A stretch of 62,756 nucleotides of DNA, counting the filler. It is 7 parts of 7 records of this genome, joined end to end, with 100 filler letters (N's around TTAATTAATTAA, not from the genome) between each part and the next. Parts side by side here need not be neighbours in the genome. Positions count along the whole stretch, not along the records: positions 53,676 to 62,756 come from SRR31156797_7959; 6 more parts are not named here. The stretch is one strand, 5' to 3'. The position numbers and the translations under genes were made by a program. The notes below the pieces were generated by a model. It ran no database searches. It was given only the letters and a program-made list of their open reading frames with translations, and was not told where the DNA came from. Positions 61,101 through 62,756 of this stretch are shown piece after piece (position 1 is the first letter of the stretch; every line of letters starts with the position of its first letter).

Positions 61101-62359
61101 TAGAAGCTTTTGCCGATGTATTGGCCGTCAATAAAATAAAACAAGTTCCAAGATATACAATTAATCGACCTGAACCATTCCTGGATTCCATCGAAAATAA
61201 AACACTTTGGTTCCCCCCAATGGGAGAACCGCATCCCAGGTTCGCAGCTGCTGTATTTCAAAACGCTGGACAAAAAGCCAAAGCATTACCCAATGAAAAG
61301 CCCCATTCTTTTTTAGCAGGCCGGGCACTGACCCGTGGTGGTGAATGTGCCCCCTGCCCAGCTACCCTTGGGACATTTATTTCAACGATCAGGGAAAAGA
61401 AAAGTAATCCTGAAAAACAGGCATTGTTCATGCCGACGGCCACCGGCCCCTGTCGTTTCGGACAGTATAGCTTGTTGGATAGAATCGCTTTAAACAAAAT
61501 AGGATGGGAGCAGGTTTCCATTGTATCGTTAACAAGTGAAAATTCATATCAGTTCAAAGATAAAAAATTACGTATGAAAATCTGGCTGAGCATAATCATT
61601 GCAGATATTTTATTTAAAATGCGATGCCGTATAAAGCCTTATGAAAAAAATATAGGTCAGACTGAGGAAGTCTATCACAAAAATATTAATCGTTTGGTAG
61701 ATTCATTCAAAAATGGCGCCAATATCAAGCATAGAATCAGGGCTGTAAGGGAAGATTTTCTTTCAATACCAACCGCTAAAATATGGAAGCCATTGGTGGG
61801 GATTGTTGGTGAAATTTATGTAAGGAATAATCGTTTCATTAATAATGACCTCGTCCGAAAAATTGAAAACGCCGGTGGAGAAGCCTGGCTCACCCCAATC
61901 TCTGAATGGATTCAGTATATAACTTTTATGGAATCATTGCATAAAAGGAACACCAACGATGAAACATTGTATAAAATAAATAATTTTTTTCAATATCAGT
62001 ATCTACACAGGCATGAGTTGTATTGGACCCGGCAGGTAAATCCGATTCTGAATGATCGGCTTGAGCCGAATATTAAAAAAACAGTTGAAGAAGGATCGAA
62101 ATTTTTACCTATTGATTTCAGTGGTGAGGCAATCATTACTTTGGGCAGGGCCATTCAGTTTTTAGAAAACGGTGCTGATCTCGTTGTCAATTGTGCACCT
62201 TTTGGCTGTATGCCGGGCACAATTACATCGGGTATATTTGAGGCAATACAGAAACAGGTTGCATCACCGGTGGTCAACCTTTTTTTTGATGGTGAAGATA
62301 ATGACACCCAAATATTAGATGTATATCTGGCAAATTTAAATAAAATACGCCCGAATTGA
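58169..62359 (+). CDS. Fused CoA-activase (two ASKHA ATPase domains) + DUF2229/dehydratase-like protein, PlsA/Ger (plasmalogen/ether-lipid) architecture
   Basis: Two copies of GxDxGS...DIG/EIGGQD...CAAGTGSF...RCxVF; C-terminal half with YCHPVK, FCPY, FGCGPDS, GPCRFGQY and PFGCMPG; 1396 aa. Confidence 0.82.
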   Translation: MTGKKSRIAIGLDIGSLFVKLVILENNKRPIRFKSIAHQGNIFQATRSLALENRQYFQSSSICLIGKHAGQIAKFMGIQPESQTSAIIHVIRQQFNDIRQIIDIGATSLSLIELDESGTLINYQTNTLCAAGTGSFLDEQAVRLGIDLTGSSTIPFVENPPQMATRCAVFAKSDLIHRQQEGCSTLEMWSGICKSIAGTIIATLFKGRKPLGRTVVIGGVARNNNMMKWLGRQFDKGMMVSADHPQETGAWGAALMAEPMEGFIDWNQCIQVSTGKMKQRRPPLMLQRSQYPSFCVETAYVDNYQNEIRITKWPEQRKLKGFIGIDVGSTSTKLLMINQNEEVILDIYRKTDGNPIKATKHLLRTLQHLVTDKNCSIEILGAGTTGSGRKLIGSIIKADSIINEITAHLKGAMKIDPKIDTIFEIGGQDSKYIHAVNGTLHNANMNYVCAAGTGSFIEEVSKKTGIDLQSMGDKVIGVEAPITSDRCTVFMDQDISNLLRQGYTPREVAGGILYSVAQNYLTKVVGNRYYSRKKIFFQGATARNKGLVAVFENLLDVEIVVSEYCHAMGSLGAALMAKHKIEKEKVATRFTGLYFSEQNTKVRSETCNLCSNHCRITIANIGHGKKVQSWGYLCGRAPHDKQAKKNKGFRFFKQREYLWKTIGGENRLPDNAPVIYYPRALLSFSHYPFWRSFFSGLGYRLVLSKKTDHQIHQLATDWVGGDYCHPVKLAHGHTRYLLETKKEDFIFIPSSISDESEQKKTSQSFFCPYNMALPALISSATQINGQDETRLLIATIDFRWDAKTAVNRLTVELGEKLKKSKKDISRAFGAALKIKKRFEQTISAAGKQALGESYLLKKPAVVILGRPYNIFDSGANLALPEKLANLGFTVLPLDFLNLEAVDIGKEFYNMYWNFGKKILEAARIIACTPNLYAVYLNNFGCGPDSFIQTYVEKIMGNKPMLMLELDGHGADVGYMTRIEAFADVLAVNKIKQVPRYTINRPEPFLDSIENKTLWFPPMGEPHPRFAAAVFQNAGQKAKALPNEKPHSFLAGRALTRGGECAPCPATLGTFISTIREKKSNPEKQALFMPTATGPCRFGQYSLLDRIALNKIGWEQVSIVSLTSENSYQFKDKKLRMKIWLSIIIADILFKMRCRIKPYEKNIGQTEEVYHKNINRLVDSFKNGANIKHRIRAVREDFLSIPTAKIWKPLVGIVGEIYVRNNRFINNDLVRKIENAGGEAWLTPISEWIQYITFMESLHKRNTNDETLYKINNFFQYQYLHRHELYWTRQVNPILNDRLEPNIKKTVEEGSKFLPIDFSGEAIITLGRAIQFLENGADLVVNCAPFGCMPGTITSGIFEAIQKQVASPVVNLFFDGEDNDTQILDVYLANLNKIRPN

Positions 62360-62403
62360 TCTATTTTATTCATAGATATTTTTTATTACTATCATTTATC
62401 TTC

Positions 62404-62656
62404 TCAGGCACCTCTTGCGGGTTTGGTCACCACCGTCATTTCAGCCGCCTTCTTCCGAAAAGCGTCAAGAAGGGGCTTTTTGCCCGGAGCGGATAGGTGC
62501 TCGGTGACAAATGCCTCCAGCTTTTTATTGCCCCCTGCCCTAATCCCGCCTCCGCTGCCGTGGCGGGCCACAGATTCAGCATAGGCGGCGAGAATCGCCT
62601 CCTTTGTCTGGTCATCGGCTTGCCAGTATCCCTTGCGGATGGACTCCAGGAAGATC
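62404..62656 (-). pseudogene. C-terminal fragment of a CobN/Mg-chelatase-like protein
   Basis: FLESIRKGYWQAD...YAESVARHG; higher GC than flanks; no real start. Confidence 0.6.
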
Positions 62657-62725
62657 AATTCTTTTGATTATCTTAGCACGCTGTTGGCCAATGCTGCTGA
62701 ACTGAAAGATAATCCCTCTCGTTGG
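62657..62725 (+). mobile_element. Short fragment resembling an IS66 transposase C-terminus
   Basis: Translates to NSFDYLSTLLANAAELKDNPSRW, resembling the NPFDYL...P..W(LPW) tail. Confidence 0.45.
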
Positions 62726-62756
62726 ATCAGGGCCAACGCAAGTAAATATTCCGAAG

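Noticed and set aside
1-62756. tRNA or rRNA genes
   Set aside because: No cloverleaf or rRNA-conserved sequence was recognised by eye; a tRNAscan/Rfam run would be needed to exclude them fully.

Overview
The window is not one locus. It is seven unrelated contigs joined by 100-bp artificial linkers (N44-TTAATTAATTAA-N44 at 10042, 18499, 29098, 38591, 47854 and 53576), and their GC content and gene style differ sharply. Taxon labels are inferences. (1) 1-10041, very AT-rich and Fusobacteriota-like: HD-GYP regulator, 2030-aa hybrid kinase, PIN-PhoH, PTS IIB/IIA and accD. (2) 10142-18498, Arcobacter/Campylobacterota-like: DUF4198, a TRAP + HpxW-like amidohydrolase + TauE operon, a ParA/RHH pair and hemL. 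(3) 18599-29097, an Enterococcus-like mobile region: two tyrosine recombinases, a serine recombinase, a decapitated gene, a candidate two-gene SIR2 anti-phage system, helically phased repeats and two constant-N/variable-C surface proteins. (4) 29198-38590, Desulfobacterota-like: AcoX and an E1/E2/E3 dehydrogenase complex, followed by an 11-heme cytochrome-NarI fusion, a lipoyl carrier and an HdrD-like protein. (5) 38691-47853: pstSC, a partner-switching module, TunR-like regulator + TSUP, TolC, a collapsed RND remnant and panG/panB. (6) 47954-53575: kinases, ModE-like, FmdE, fdhE and fdhB. (7) 53676-62756: end of a Pfa-type synthase, MMPL, metallophosphoesterase, PlsA/Ger-like enzyme, and cobN and IS66 scraps. 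The best candidates for undescribed systems are the unknown + wHTH/Zn-SIR2 defence pair (20487-22968), the lipoyl-carrier/Hdr-like/multiheme electron route attached to a dehydrogenase whose E3 has an altered NAD-binding motif (29242-38537), and the MMPL-phosphoesterase-PlsA/Ger lipid cluster (54587-62359). All calls come from motif reading only; no database searches were run.
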